A DNA stretch of 64,000 nucleotides from Candidatus Kaelpia imicola (GTDB taxonomy: Bacteria > Omnitrophota > Gorgyraeia > Kaelpiales > Kaelpiaceae). A model generated the notes under the pieces. The model was not told the DNA's origin, searched no databases, and saw only the letters and a list, made by a program, of their open reading frames with translations. The stretch is taken from assembly GCA_030765505.1 (NCBI GenBank), contig JAVCCL010000043.1, forward strand, positions 69,686 through 133,685, in the 5' to 3' direction. This document shows, piece by piece, positions 29,566 to 39,305 of the stretch. Position numbers and translations under genes: made by a program. Position 1 is the stretch's first letter; each line of letters starts with the position of its first letter.

Positions 29566-29690
29566 GAAACAAGATGCTTTTAATTTTATTTTAATTTATT
29601 TTACAGAACAATGTTGAATGAAATAATAAGATTTTGGTCTCTATTAGAGCGCTTCTTTAGGAGAAGTGTTTTTATTAAGGAGAGATAGGT

Positions 29691-31640
29691 TTGAAGAGAG
29701 ATGTTCAAAAAGAATTAAGTAGTTTAAGGCGGGAGTTAGACTGCCTTAAGAAGAAAGAGAAATCTTATAAAAAAAACGGGTTAGAGTTACGGGAGAGCGA
29801 AGAGAGGTTTAGGAAGCTATTTGACGCTACCATGGAGGCTATAGTCTTACATGAGAAGGGTAGGATTTTAGCGGTAAACAAATTCTTTCTCAAAATGTTC
29901 GGTTATAGAAAAAAGTCTGAAATAATAGGAAAGAGCGTTCTGGATTTAGCCACTCCTAAATATAGAAACATTGTTAAAAGACACGTGCTGTCAGGTTATC
30001 AGAAAGTATATATTGCCGAGGGTAAAAAGTGTGATGGGACCATTGTAAAAGCTGTGCTTTCAAGTAGGCCTGTTAAGCTGAGAGGCAGGAATGTTAGGGT
30101 GACTGTTCTGCGTGATATTACTTCTCAGGATAAAGAACAGAAGGAATTAAAGCTCTTTAAAACAGTTGCTGATGTTTCGAAGTACGGTTCAGCTATTATG
30201 GATATGAATAAGAGGTTGGTGTATATCAACGGTGCTTTTGCTAAAATGCACGGCTACAGCAAAAAAGAGCTTATAGGTAGAAAGATACTCCTTCTGCATT
30301 CTAATCGGAATTTAAAAAAAATAGATAAATCTATTGAAGATGTTATTAAAAAAGGAGGTTTTATTGATTGCGAGCAGGTTCACTTAAGAAAAGACGGTAC
30401 AGAGTTTGTTGCTTCTATGAGCGCAGCTTTAATAGAAGGTGATAGCACAGATTCTTCCTATATGACTGCTGTAATTATAGATATAAGCGATAGAAAAAAA
30501 GCCGAGGTTTTACTTAAAGCAGAGCGTGCTCAACTTCTCTCTATCTTTGATAGCATAGATGAGGTGATCTATGTTACAGATCCTCATAATTATGAGATTC
30601 TGTATATGAATAAGTTTTTTAAAAAGATTTTAGGCAAGAATTCTATAGGAGGTTTTTGTTATCGTGAATTTCAGAATTTTGATAGACCCTGCTACTTCTG
30701 CACAAATGAAATAATCTTAAAAAGGGCTGGTAGACCTTATAAGTGGGAATATCATAACCCGATTCTGGATAAAGATTATTATATTGTAGATAGAATTATT
30801 AAATGGCCTGATGGTCGGGATGTAAGGTTTGAAATAGCGATAGATATTACAGAGCGTAAAAAAGCTGAAGCTCTTATTATGAGGTATAACAGAGAACTTG
30901 AAGGAGAGGTAAAGAGAAGAACAGATGAATTACTGAAAGCAGAGAGGAAGCTTGAAGAGTCTAAACGTCTCTCTGATATCGGTATGTTGGCTGCAACAGT
31001 AGCGCATGAACTCAATAACCCTTTGGGAGTTATAAAGACAGCTGTATTTAATATCAGGAAAGAGAGAGCTGAGATTGACGATGATTTGGAGGGCCATCTC
31101 TTTAACATAGAGAAGAAGATATCCCAGAGCAGCAGGATTATTAAAAATTTGCTTGGTTATGCTAAAATAAAGAAGCCTATTTATGAAAAGGTAGATATTA
31201 TAACTATCGTTGATGAATGTATCGACAGTTGTAGCAAAAAATATAGCGATTATGAAGTAGTTATCGATAAAAGGTATAAGATAGATAGAGATAAAGTTAT
31301 AAAGGCAGATATTATACAGATAATCGAGCTGTTTACAAATATCCTTGAGAATGCCTTCCAATCTTTTAAAGGTAAAAAAGGGAAGATAATAATAATTGTA
31401 AATCGTAGTAAAGATAAGAGTAGTATCGATTTTAAGATTAGGGATAGTGGTTCGGGTGTGCCTGAGGATGACTTAGATAATGTCTTTGAACCATTTTTTA
31501 CAAAAAAACCAAGAGGTCTAGGCCTAGGACTTACTGTTTCGAAGCAGATAGTCCATCTTCATAGAGGCAGCATATATTTTAAGAGTAAATTGGGAGAAGG
31601 AACAGAGGTGAATATAAGTTTGCCTTGTACAATAGGATAG
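29691..31640 (+). CDS. Cytoplasmic multi-PAS sensor histidine kinase
   Basis: Three PAS/PAC units (RDIT, IDIS, IDIT linkers); H-box VAHELNNPL; NILENA; DSGSG; FEPFFT; GLGLGL. No TM helix. Confidence 0.92.
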   Translation: MKRDVQKELSSLRRELDCLKKKEKSYKKNGLELRESEERFRKLFDATMEAIVLHEKGRILAVNKFFLKMFGYRKKSEIIGKSVLDLATPKYRNIVKRHVLSGYQKVYIAEGKKCDGTIVKAVLSSRPVKLRGRNVRVTVLRDITSQDKEQKELKLFKTVADVSKYGSAIMDMNKRLVYINGAFAKMHGYSKKELIGRKILLLHSNRNLKKIDKSIEDVIKKGGFIDCEQVHLRKDGTEFVASMSAALIEGDSTDSSYMTAVIIDISDRKKAEVLLKAERAQLLSIFDSIDEVIYVTDPHNYEILYMNKFFKKILGKNSIGGFCYREFQNFDRPCYFCTNEIILKRAGRPYKWEYHNPILDKDYYIVDRIIKWPDGRDVRFEIAIDITERKKAEALIMRYNRELEGEVKRRTDELLKAERKLEESKRLSDIGMLAATVAHELNNPLGVIKTAVFNIRKERAEIDDDLEGHLFNIEKKISQSSRIIKNLLGYAKIKKPIYEKVDIITIVDECIDSCSKKYSDYEVVIDKRYKIDRDKVIKADIIQIIELFTNILENAFQSFKGKKGKIIIIVNRSKDKSSIDFKIRDSGSGVPEDDLDNVFEPFFTKKPRGLGLGLTVSKQIVHLHRGSIYFKSKLGEGTEVNISLPCTIG

Positions 31641-31757
31641 GCGGTTATTCTGCAGTTTCTCTATTTGAAAGTTCAGTTTTCGTATTTACTCCGCTGCAGT
31701 TTTCTGTTAACCTTTATCTGTATTTTGCAAGTTTTTCTAGCGATAATTAAACTTTAT

Positions 31758-31831
31758 GCGCCTGTGGCTCAATTGGATAGAGCGGCTGGCTACGGACCAG
31801 TAGATTGGGGGTTCGAGTCCCTCCAGGCGTG
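31758..31831 (+). tRNA. tRNA-Arg(ACG)
   Basis: Cloverleaf: acceptor GCGCCTG/CAGGCGT, D arm GCTC/GAGC, anticodon loop CTACGGA, T loop TTCGAGT; CCA not encoded. Confidence 0.96.
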
Positions 31832-31846
31832 TATGTTTTTTACACA

Positions 31847-32302
31847 ATGAACGACAATTTTTACATGCAGGAGGCTTTAAAAGAGGCTTTTAAAGCACTG
31901 GATAAAGACGAGGTGCCTGTTGGGGCGGTTATAGTATATCAGAATAAGATAGTAGCCCGAGCATACAATCAGGTAAGAATGTTAAAGGATCCTACTGCTC
32001 ATGCGGAGATTCTTGCTATAACACAGGCAGCAGATTATTTAAAGTACGAGAGATTGAATGGATGTAATATCTATGTTACAATCGAGCCGTGTATAATGTG
32101 TGCTGGTGCGTTAATATTGGCGCGGGTAGATAAATTGATATACGGAGCTTCAGATAATAGACAGGGAGCTTTTGGTTCTCTGCTGGATGTTACAAAATAC
32201 AAAGATACGCATCATAAGATAAAAGTAAAGAATGGTGTTTTAAAAGAAGATTGTGCTTTTTTAGTTCAGGATTTTTTTAAAGAGAAAAGAGTTACAGCTT
32301 AA
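31847..32302 (+). CDS. tadA: tRNA adenosine(34) deaminase
   Basis: EVPVGAV, DPTAHAE, EPCIMC. Start moved to ATG 31847 because 31805 lies inside the tRNA. Confidence 0.95.
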   Translation: MNDNFYMQEALKEAFKALDKDEVPVGAVIVYQNKIVARAYNQVRMLKDPTAHAEILAITQAADYLKYERLNGCNIYVTIEPCIMCAGALILARVDKLIYGASDNRQGAFGSLLDVTKYKDTHHKIKVKNGVLKEDCAFLVQDFFKEKRVTA

Positions 32303-32308
32303 ATAGAT

Positions 32309-32400
32309 GGAGAGGTGGCTGAGCGGCCGAAAGCAGCCGCCTGCTAAGCGGTTGGCCCTGTAAAAGGGGCCCCCGGGTTCAAATCCCGGCCTCTCCGCCA
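32309..32400 (+). tRNA. tRNA-Ser(GCT)
   Basis: Acceptor GGAGAGG/CCTCTCC, anticodon loop CTGCTAA, long variable arm, TTCAAAT loop, encoded CCA. Confidence 0.96.
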
Positions 32401-32446
32401 ATATTAATAGCAAGTGGGCAAAAAGTCTTATAGAGAGGGAGATATT

Positions 32447-34114
32447 TTGAGTTATTTAGCTTTAGCAAGGAAGTGGCGTCCTCAGAATTTCGATGATATA
32501 GTTGCTCAAGACCATATTGTTGAAATATTAAAGAATGCGATTAGACTTAATAGAGTTTCTCATGCCTATCTTTTTGCAGGTCCTCGAGGGATAGGTAAGA
32601 CTACAACAGCCCGAGTTTTAGCAAAAGCATTAAACTGTAAAGAGTCCTTCTCTCCAGCTCCTTGCCTTAAGTGCGGTAACTGTCTTCAGATAAAAGAGGG
32701 CAGCAGCCTTGATGTTTTAGAGATTGATGGGGCTTCTAATAGGGGGATAGACCAGATTCGCGATCTGCGTGAAAATGTTAAGTTAAAACCGGCTCAATCC
32801 AGATTTAAGATATATATAATAGATGAGGTTCATATGTTGACAGAGGCTGCTTTCAATGCGCTTCTTAAGACATTAGAAGAGCCGCCGGAGCATGTTAAGT
32901 TTATCTTTGCTACGACTCAACCTAACAAGGTTCCAGTTACTATCCTTTCGCGCTGCCAGAGGTTTGATTTTAAGCCGTTCTCTATAACTGCAATAAAAGA
33001 GAAGCTTATTGATATATTAACTCAAGAGAAGATAGATTTTGAGCCTGAAGCTGTTCTTATGATAGCAGAATCTGCCGGGGGTAGTTTGCGGGATGGGGAG
33101 TCTCTATTAGATCAGCTTATATGTGTTGCAAAAGGCGGGAAGCTTAAGGTAGATATGGTCAAAGATTTTTTAGGAGTAATCGAAACGACTGTGTTGTATG
33201 ATTTGACGCAGAGTTTAATAAAATCTGATGTCAATAAGAGCTTTACGATATTAGACAGGCTGCTCTCTGATGGTAGAGATATTCCCATTATCATTGAAAG
33301 CCTGCTCTCTTATTTCAGAGCTGTGCTCCATTATAAGATTCTATGCTCCACTGATTTTACAGTTGGAACTATAGCTGTAGATTTGGATAAAGTTAAGGAG
33401 CAGTCCGGGCAGTTAAGCAGAGAGGAATTGATTTTTATATTAGAGCTGCTTAGTGAACTTCAAAATAGAGCAAAGATTGTTTTATCTCCAAGAGTTTTGG
33501 TCGAAGTAGGTCTTTTAAAGATATGCAGCAGATCTAAATATCAGATAGTTTTTAATCAGTTTTTAGATAATGATTCAAAAGAGAGGCGGAGTGTCAAAGA
33601 GCGGGTATTACCTCTGGTTAAACCTAAGCTTCAGATAAATACTCTGATTAAAAAAAAAGTAACGAAAACATCTCTTTCTCAGAATGATAACAATTTTAAA
33701 AAAAATGATTCTGAATTAAAAAGTAACAATAAAGCATTAAGTTTTCAGGAGATTGAGGAGGTTTGGCGAGATGTAGTCGGAGATTTAAGAGATACCAAGC
33801 TTTACCTTGCTTCTTATCTTGAAGGTTCTAAGGTTAAGTCTTTTGAGTCTGACAGTATTGTTGTTGAGGTCAAAATTGATTTTGATTTTCAGCGTGAGTT
33901 AATAGATGAAAATGATAATAGAAGAATTATTGAAGATTCAATCTCTTTAAAATCGGGCAGGAAGATCAGATTAAAATATCTCTATAGTAAGGTAATTACC
34001 GTTGATAATAAAAAAAGAATTCAAGAGATATTAAAAAATCCAAACATAAAAAAGATTTCCAAGCTCTTTAATGCTAAAGTTCTTAAAGTGATACCCAGGA
34101 ATGATGAAGTTTGA
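32447..34114 (+). CDS. dnaX: DNA polymerase III subunit gamma/tau
   Basis: (M)SYLALARKWRPQ, GPRGIGKTT, EIDGASN, IIDEVHML, SRC; TTG start 32447 after SD GAGGGA. Confidence 0.96.
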   Translation: MSYLALARKWRPQNFDDIVAQDHIVEILKNAIRLNRVSHAYLFAGPRGIGKTTTARVLAKALNCKESFSPAPCLKCGNCLQIKEGSSLDVLEIDGASNRGIDQIRDLRENVKLKPAQSRFKIYIIDEVHMLTEAAFNALLKTLEEPPEHVKFIFATTQPNKVPVTILSRCQRFDFKPFSITAIKEKLIDILTQEKIDFEPEAVLMIAESAGGSLRDGESLLDQLICVAKGGKLKVDMVKDFLGVIETTVLYDLTQSLIKSDVNKSFTILDRLLSDGRDIPIIIESLLSYFRAVLHYKILCSTDFTVGTIAVDLDKVKEQSGQLSREELIFILELLSELQNRAKIVLSPRVLVEVGLLKICSRSKYQIVFNQFLDNDSKERRSVKERVLPLVKPKLQINTLIKKKVTKTSLSQNDNNFKKNDSELKSNNKALSFQEIEEVWRDVVGDLRDTKLYLASYLEGSKVKSFESDSIVVEVKIDFDFQRELIDENDNRRIIEDSISLKSGRKIRLKYLYSKVITVDNKKRIQEILKNPNIKKISKLFNAKVLKVIPRNDEV

Positions 34115-34703
34115 ACTACTCAATAGCTTGATTGAAAAATTTGTCAAATTTCCCGGTGTAGGTAGAAAAACTGCGGAACGTTATGTTTTTCATATATTAG
34201 ATATGAAGGCCGATGAAGTAGAGGAGTTGGTGGATTCTATGAAGTATCTTAAGGAGAGGGTCTGTAACTGCAAGCAGTGTAATAACCTTACTGAGGATGA
34301 GTTTTGTGATATCTGTAAGAGTGGAAATAGAGATAGCTCTCTTCTCTGCGTTGTTGAGGAGCCAAAAGATTTGATAGCTATCGAAAAGGCAGGATGTTTT
34401 AAGGGCAAATACTTTGTTCTCTTGGGTGTACTCTCACCTCTGGATGGTGTAGGAATTGAAGATATAAAACTGAATGAGCTTTTCTGTTATGTTAAATCCA
34501 ACTCTACTATAAAAGAGATTATTATATCAACAGATGCTGATGCTGAAGGTGAATCTACAGCCTATTACATTATGAAGCTGCTTAAGCCTTTGGGCAGGAA
34601 GGTTTCACGTATAGGTATGGGTTTACCTGTCGGAGCAGATTTGGAATTCATAGATAGAAATACACTTCAGGAAGCTTTTAAAGGGCGAAAAGAGATTCTC
34701 TGA
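34101..34703 (+). CDS. recR: Recombination mediator RecR
   Basis: PGVGRKTAER, C4 zinc finger, VVEEPKD, EGESTA, GADLEFID. Confidence 0.95.
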   Translation: MMKFELLNSLIEKFVKFPGVGRKTAERYVFHILDMKADEVEELVDSMKYLKERVCNCKQCNNLTEDEFCDICKSGNRDSSLLCVVEEPKDLIAIEKAGCFKGKYFVLLGVLSPLDGVGIEDIKLNELFCYVKSNSTIKEIIISTDADAEGESTAYYIMKLLKPLGRKVSRIGMGLPVGADLEFIDRNTLQEAFKGRKEIL

Positions 34704-34842
34704 TTTCTTCACTTTTTTTATTCTTTTAACAAAAGTTGCACTTTTCCCTCAATTTTTCCCGATTTTTTAATATTATTAAATAGATACTTGTTGTTTCTTC
34801 TTTTATTTCAATTAGTTAGAGATACTTGTTTTATCTTTTTTT

Positions 34843-34859
34843 TTGGCATGGAATTTGTT
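34843..34859 (+). promoter_or_regulatory. Possible sigma54-type (-24/-12) promoter with GT in place of GC
   Basis: TTGGCATGGAATTTGTT: GG-N10-GT against consensus TGGCAC-N5-TTGC. Confidence 0.35.
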
Positions 34860-34890
34860 TAATACAAGGTGTGAACTAAGGAGGTATAAG

Positions 34891-35193
34891 ATGAAAGTAA
34901 AATTTTACAAGATTCAGAAAGAGAGACTGGGAGAAGACGATGTAGTTGTAATATATACCAAGGGAAGTTTCAGCGGTACGCTGGAGGTAAAAGATAGAGA
35001 TATGTCTTTTAAGGGTAAAAAAGATGGAGATCTTATGGATATTCTCTTTCGTCCTTACCGTATAAATATTCCTGATAGAGCTGGTAAAGGGCTTAAGGAG
35101 AAGGTTCTTATACCTGGCTCCCCGCAGCATCTTGAGGCTATACGCAGAAGCTGCTGGTCCCATGGTTATATATCAGAGATGGAGGAGAGTTAG
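34891..35193 (+). CDS. Hypothetical protein (100 aa)
   Basis: Strong SD AGGAGG before ATG 34891; no recognisable family. Confidence 0.7.
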   Translation: MKVKFYKIQKERLGEDDVVVIYTKGSFSGTLEVKDRDMSFKGKKDGDLMDILFRPYRINIPDRAGKGLKEKVLIPGSPQHLEAIRRSCWSHGYISEMEES

Positions 35194-35196
35194 AAA

Positions 35197-35523
35197 ATGC
35201 ATAGTATAATATTTGCAAAACAGGCTCAGCCTAAGGCCGACAATAGAGAGGTCAGGGTTACGGAGAAAGTGTTTGAGGATGGGGTTTTGGTCTATTCTCG
35301 CAGGAGTAGTTCCTACAAGGTGCTTTTAAGCCACGAAGATAGAGAGCCTGTATATGAATATAGTTTTAAACCTCAAATGTATATCTATAAGAATATTCAG
35401 AACAAGAGAAAGTTTTTCAAATGGAAGATTGTTGGAGTGTTAAAAGTTCCTCATAGAGGTAATCAATATTCTCTTATATCCTATCAGCATTCTTTCTGGA
35501 TGTTAGTTAAAGATAAGTATTAA
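35197..35523 (+). CDS. Hypothetical protein (108 aa)
   Basis: 3 nt after the previous stop, with GGAGGAG just upstream; no recognisable family. Confidence 0.65.
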   Translation: MHSIIFAKQAQPKADNREVRVTEKVFEDGVLVYSRRSSSYKVLLSHEDREPVYEYSFKPQMYIYKNIQNKRKFFKWKIVGVLKVPHRGNQYSLISYQHSFWMLVKDKY

Positions 35524-35557
35524 TATCCGCTTATTCCTATCTTATTTCAGTTATGGT

Positions 35558-35586
35558 TTGCCATTTCAGCATATCTTGCGTATAAT
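35558..35586 (+). promoter_or_regulatory. Sigma70 promoter of argD-argF
   Basis: TTGCCA-17 nt-TATAAT. Confidence 0.75.
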
Positions 35587-35612
35587 AAATTTCTTAAGAA
35601 AGAGAGGTTTTT

Positions 35613-36800
35613 ATGAAGAATAAAGATGTTGCCCGGTTATATTCTAAATATATTATGGATACATATACCCATCTTCCAATCTCTCTTGTAAAGGGAAGAG
35701 AGTCCAGGGTATGGGATTTAGAGCAGAATGAGTATTTGGATTTATTTCCAGGTTGGGGTGTCTCTATTTTGGGACATTCTCCTTCTAAGGTTGTCTCTCA
35801 TATTAGAAATCAAGCCGGTAAGATAATACATATATCTAACAATTACTACAACCACCTCCAGGCTAAGCTTGCTCAAAAAATAGTTAAAATAGCGCAGATC
35901 GACGCCAAAGTTTTTTTCTGCAATTCAGGAGCAGAGGCTAATGAAGGAGCCTTTAAACTGGCAAGGTTATACGGAGCAGGCAATAGATATAAAATAATTA
36001 CGATGAACGACTCTTTTCATGGCAGAACTCTAGCCTCTCTCTCTGCAACAGGGCAGGAAAAATACAAAAAAGATTTCGAGCCTCTACCCGAAGGTTTTAC
36101 CCATGTTCCTTTTAACGATTTTGAGGCTTTTCAGAGCAGTGTTGACAATGAAACTGTGGCGATTATGTTAGAGCTGGTTCAGGGTGAGGGCGGTATAAAT
36201 GTTGCCGATTACGACTATATCCAGAGAGTGAAAAAGTTTTGTAATGAGCGGGATATATTATTTATTGCTGATGAGGTTCAGACTGGAATGGGTAGGACCG
36301 GAAAATGGTTTGCATATCAGAATTTTGACATTGAGCCCGATATAGTTACTTTAGCAAAAGGTATTGGCGGAGGAGTTCCTATGGGTGCTGTTTTTGCCAA
36401 AGATAAGGTTGCTGATTGTATTAAGCCTGGAATGCATGCTTCTACTTTTGGCGGAAGCCCTATTGCATGTAAAGCGGCTTTAGCCGTTGTAGATACTATA
36501 ATGAGCAAGAAATTGCTCAATAATGTAACCGATATGAGTAAATATTTTAAAGGCAGGCTGCTGGATTTAAAAGAAAAGTATGATTTAATAGATAGTGTTA
36601 GAGGTTTAGGTCTCATGATAGGTGTGGAGGTTAAAGATAAAGGCAAGGAGATTTTTGAGGGCTGCCTTGCTAATAGGCTTTTAATTAATTTAACCCAGGG
36701 CAATATCTTAAGATTTTTGCCGGCGCTGAATATTAACAAAAAGGATATAGATAAAGCTATTATAATATTAGATGGAGTATTAAAAGAGGTGCAGAGATGA
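35613..36800 (+). CDS. argD: Acetylornithine aminotransferase (class III PLP)
   Basis: FFCNSGAEANE, SFHGRT, DEVQTGMGRTG, LAKGIGGG, HASTFGG; coupled to argF. Confidence 0.93.
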   Translation: MKNKDVARLYSKYIMDTYTHLPISLVKGRESRVWDLEQNEYLDLFPGWGVSILGHSPSKVVSHIRNQAGKIIHISNNYYNHLQAKLAQKIVKIAQIDAKVFFCNSGAEANEGAFKLARLYGAGNRYKIITMNDSFHGRTLASLSATGQEKYKKDFEPLPEGFTHVPFNDFEAFQSSVDNETVAIMLELVQGEGGINVADYDYIQRVKKFCNERDILFIADEVQTGMGRTGKWFAYQNFDIEPDIVTLAKGIGGGVPMGAVFAKDKVADCIKPGMHASTFGGSPIACKAALAVVDTIMSKKLLNNVTDMSKYFKGRLLDLKEKYDLIDSVRGLGLMIGVEVKDKGKEIFEGCLANRLLINLTQGNILRFLPALNINKKDIDKAIIILDGVLKEVQR

Positions 36801-37711
36801 ATCATTTTTTAAGCATTAATGATTTAAGCAGGAAAGATATAACAGGGTTTATCAATGCTGCAAAAAATCTTAAAAAGAAGAGAAGGCAGGAGAAGATACT
36901 TAAAGGCAAGAGTTTCGTTCTTTTATTTGATAAACCTTCTTTAAGAACAAAGGTTAGCTTTGAAGTCGCCATAGCTGAACTTGGAGGTAGCTATTCATAT
37001 TTAGGAGATGGTTCGGCTGGGTTCGGTAAGCGTGAATCTCTCAAAGATACGGCAGAGGTGCTTTCAAGGTATATCCATTGTTCTATTGTAAGAACTTTTA
37101 AACAGAAAGACCTTTTAAGGTTTGCACGGTTTTCTTCAGCTTCTGTCGTTAATGCTCTTACTGATACAGAGCATCCCTGCCAGATTTTAAGCGACCTTCT
37201 AACCATAACTGAAAAAGTTGGGAGCCTGGATAATTTTAAAATTGCTTTCATCGGTGATGGTAATAATGTCTGTAATTCACTTATACAGGCAGCAGCAGTT
37301 TTGAAGTTCAAACTGTCAATTGCAACACCTTCTGGTTATGAGCCTAAGAGAGAGAGCTATAGGGTTAAACTGGAAGATTTAAATAAGCAGAGCTTAAGAG
37401 TAGAGATAGTCAATTCACCTCAAGATGCGGTAAGAGATGCAGATTTTGTATACACAGATGTTTGGACCTCTATGGGTTGGGAAGAAGAGCAGTCAGATAG
37501 AAAAAAGATCTTTGAGTCCTATTAAATTAATAAGGATTTACTTAAAAACGCAGGGAAGAGATGCTACGTGATGCATTGCCTGCCTGCGCATAGAGGAGAG
37601 GAGATAACAGATGATCTTATCGACTCTGAGAACTCTATAGTATTTGACCAAGCTGAAAACAGACTCCATATGCATAAAGCTATTTTAATTAAGCTTTTAT
37701 CTAAAAGGTAG
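36797..37711 (+). pseudogene. argF: Ornithine carbamoyltransferase interrupted by in-frame TAA at 37523-37525
   Basis: SLRT, HPCQ, GDGNNV, TDVWTSMG before the stop. Same frame continues INKDLL...[11 protein letters not shown]...DQAENRLH...R* to 37711. Confidence 0.9.
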
Positions 37712-37721
37712 ATTTTCTTTA

Positions 37722-39305
37722 ATGTCCAGGAAAACAGTTTTTTTGATACTTCTTCTTATAGTCGTATTTCATCTCTTAAACAATTTTATTATTCTCACAA
37801 TAGATGATACTCCTCCAGTAGGACACTATGGGCTCTATTTTTCACATAGCCTGTATCTCTTTGAACAGTTTAAAAATCTTTCGCCTGGATTTATAACTGA
37901 GCTGTTTAACGTTAATAGTATATATCCCCCTCTGCTCTATTTAACGCCCATACCTCTCTATTATATTTTTAGCATAGATTATGATGTTGCTTCTTTTTCA
38001 GTCGGACTGCTCTATCTTTCTGTATTTATATTCTCTCTATATTTTCTAGCAACCTACCTCTTTAAACCTTCTGTAGGGATTGTAGCTGCTCTTATCGGTT
38101 CTCTCTTTGCGGCAGTCTTTGGCTATGCCAGGCTATTTCTAATGGCATTTCCAATGGTTGCCATTTTGACATTGAATATCTATCTTATGTTTAAGACCGA
38201 AGTGTTTAAGAAGAGGCTATATGTAGTACTCTTTGCTTCTGTTTTAGCTTTAGGGATGCTGATGAAGAAATTTTACTTTATCTATATCTCTTTTTTTACA
38301 TTAATCTATCTGATTGAAAACAGAAAATTGATATCTAAAGAGCGGTTCAAGGTTTTTTTAAATATTTTTATTGCAGCTGGTATTGTTATATCTATTTCCG
38401 GGTATTGGTATCTTCGCAACATTGAACCCATTTTGTTCCAGCTTAAAAGTGACCAGCCTACAATATTTTATAATGAAGGCTATAGTTTTAATTTTTTAAT
38501 TTATTTAAAGTATTTGATTAGATATCAATTAGGTTGGTTCTTATTCTCTCTTTTTTTAATATCTTTTATCTATCTTGTTATCAAAAAGAGGTCCGCGCTT
38601 TTTCTATCAGCTTGGGTTATATGGCCCTACCTTATCTCTTCTCTTTTTATTGTTGAGAAGAGTTCCCGCTATACAATGGCCATGCTGCCTGCGATTGCTA
38701 TCATAATTGCTAATGGAATAATGGGATTTTCAGATAACCTGAAGCTTAAAAGAAGGCCTGCTTTAAGGTGCTCTCTTATGTTTTTAATTTTAGCTGTTCC
38801 GGTGTTTAATTTTTTTAAGACCTCTTATGGCGGGGGAGTAGAAGTGTTCAATTATAGGGATGAGACAGATAGGTTCTTTTATACCGGATTATTAAGGTCT
38901 AAGAAGATTGGTTGGGATATTGAAGATTTAGAAAAAACCTTAATTCAAGATGGTAAAAATAAAATCATGATAGATGGGTTCGGCTACTGGTATCTTTTAA
39001 ATGACTACTTGAATAACTTTATTGAAAATAACAATCTCTCTATCAGCTTTATTCATTTGGAGTTTGACGAAAGAGATAAAGATTATAGAAAGCTTATAGA
39101 GGAAGGGGATTTTATTATTTTAAGATCCGATGACGGGTCTTCTATTCCCAATATCAGCCTACCTTTTGAAAATGAAAACTTAGAGAAGATCCGTTCTCTT
39201 CTGGTTATATTTAATGAATATAAAGAGAAGTTTGAATTAATCAATAGGGTTACCATAGAAGGTAGGTTTACGGAGAGAACGCTGTTGATTTATAAGAGAA
39301 TATAG
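37722..39305 (+). CDS. GT-C membrane glycosyltransferase (ArnT/PMT-like)
   Basis: FHLLNNFIIL, YPPLLY, GMLMK, RYTMAMLP; multi-TM with soluble C-terminus. Confidence 0.75.
   Translation: MSRKTVFLILLLIVVFHLLNNFIILTIDDTPPVGHYGLYFSHSLYLFEQFKNLSPGFITELFNVNSIYPPLLYLTPIPLYYIFSIDYDVASFSVGLLYLSVFIFSLYFLATYLFKPSVGIVAALIGSLFAAVFGYARLFLMAFPMVAILTLNIYLMFKTEVFKKRLYVVLFASVLALGMLMKKFYFIYISFFTLIYLIENRKLISKERFKVFLNIFIAAGIVISISGYWYLRNIEPILFQLKSDQPTIFYNEGYSFNFLIYLKYLIRYQLGWFLFSLFLISFIYLVIKKRSALFLSAWVIWPYLISSLFIVEKSSRYTMAMLPAIAIIIANGIMGFSDNLKLKRRPALRCSLMFLILAVPVFNFFKTSYGGGVEVFNYRDETDRFFYTGLLRSKKIGWDIEDLEKTLIQDGKNKIMIDGFGYWYLLNDYLNNFIENNNLSISFIHLEFDERDKDYRKLIEEGDFIILRSDDGSSIPNISLPFENENLEKIRSLLVIFNEYKEKFELINRVTIEGRFTERTLLIYKRI

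Noticed and set aside
31653-31736. CAGTTT repeated at 31653, 31674 and 31697 as regulator sites
   Set aside because: Short, irregularly spaced and expected in T-rich DNA upstream of a tRNA promoter.
31640-32400. tRNA-anchored prophage or integrative element
   Set aside because: No integrase, no duplicated tRNA 3' end and no phage genes seen.
9942-34890. ORF-track starts at 9942 (dnaK), 31805 (tadA), 32414 (dnaX) and 34843
   Set aside because: SD position and family N-termini favour 9972, 31847, 32447 and 34891.
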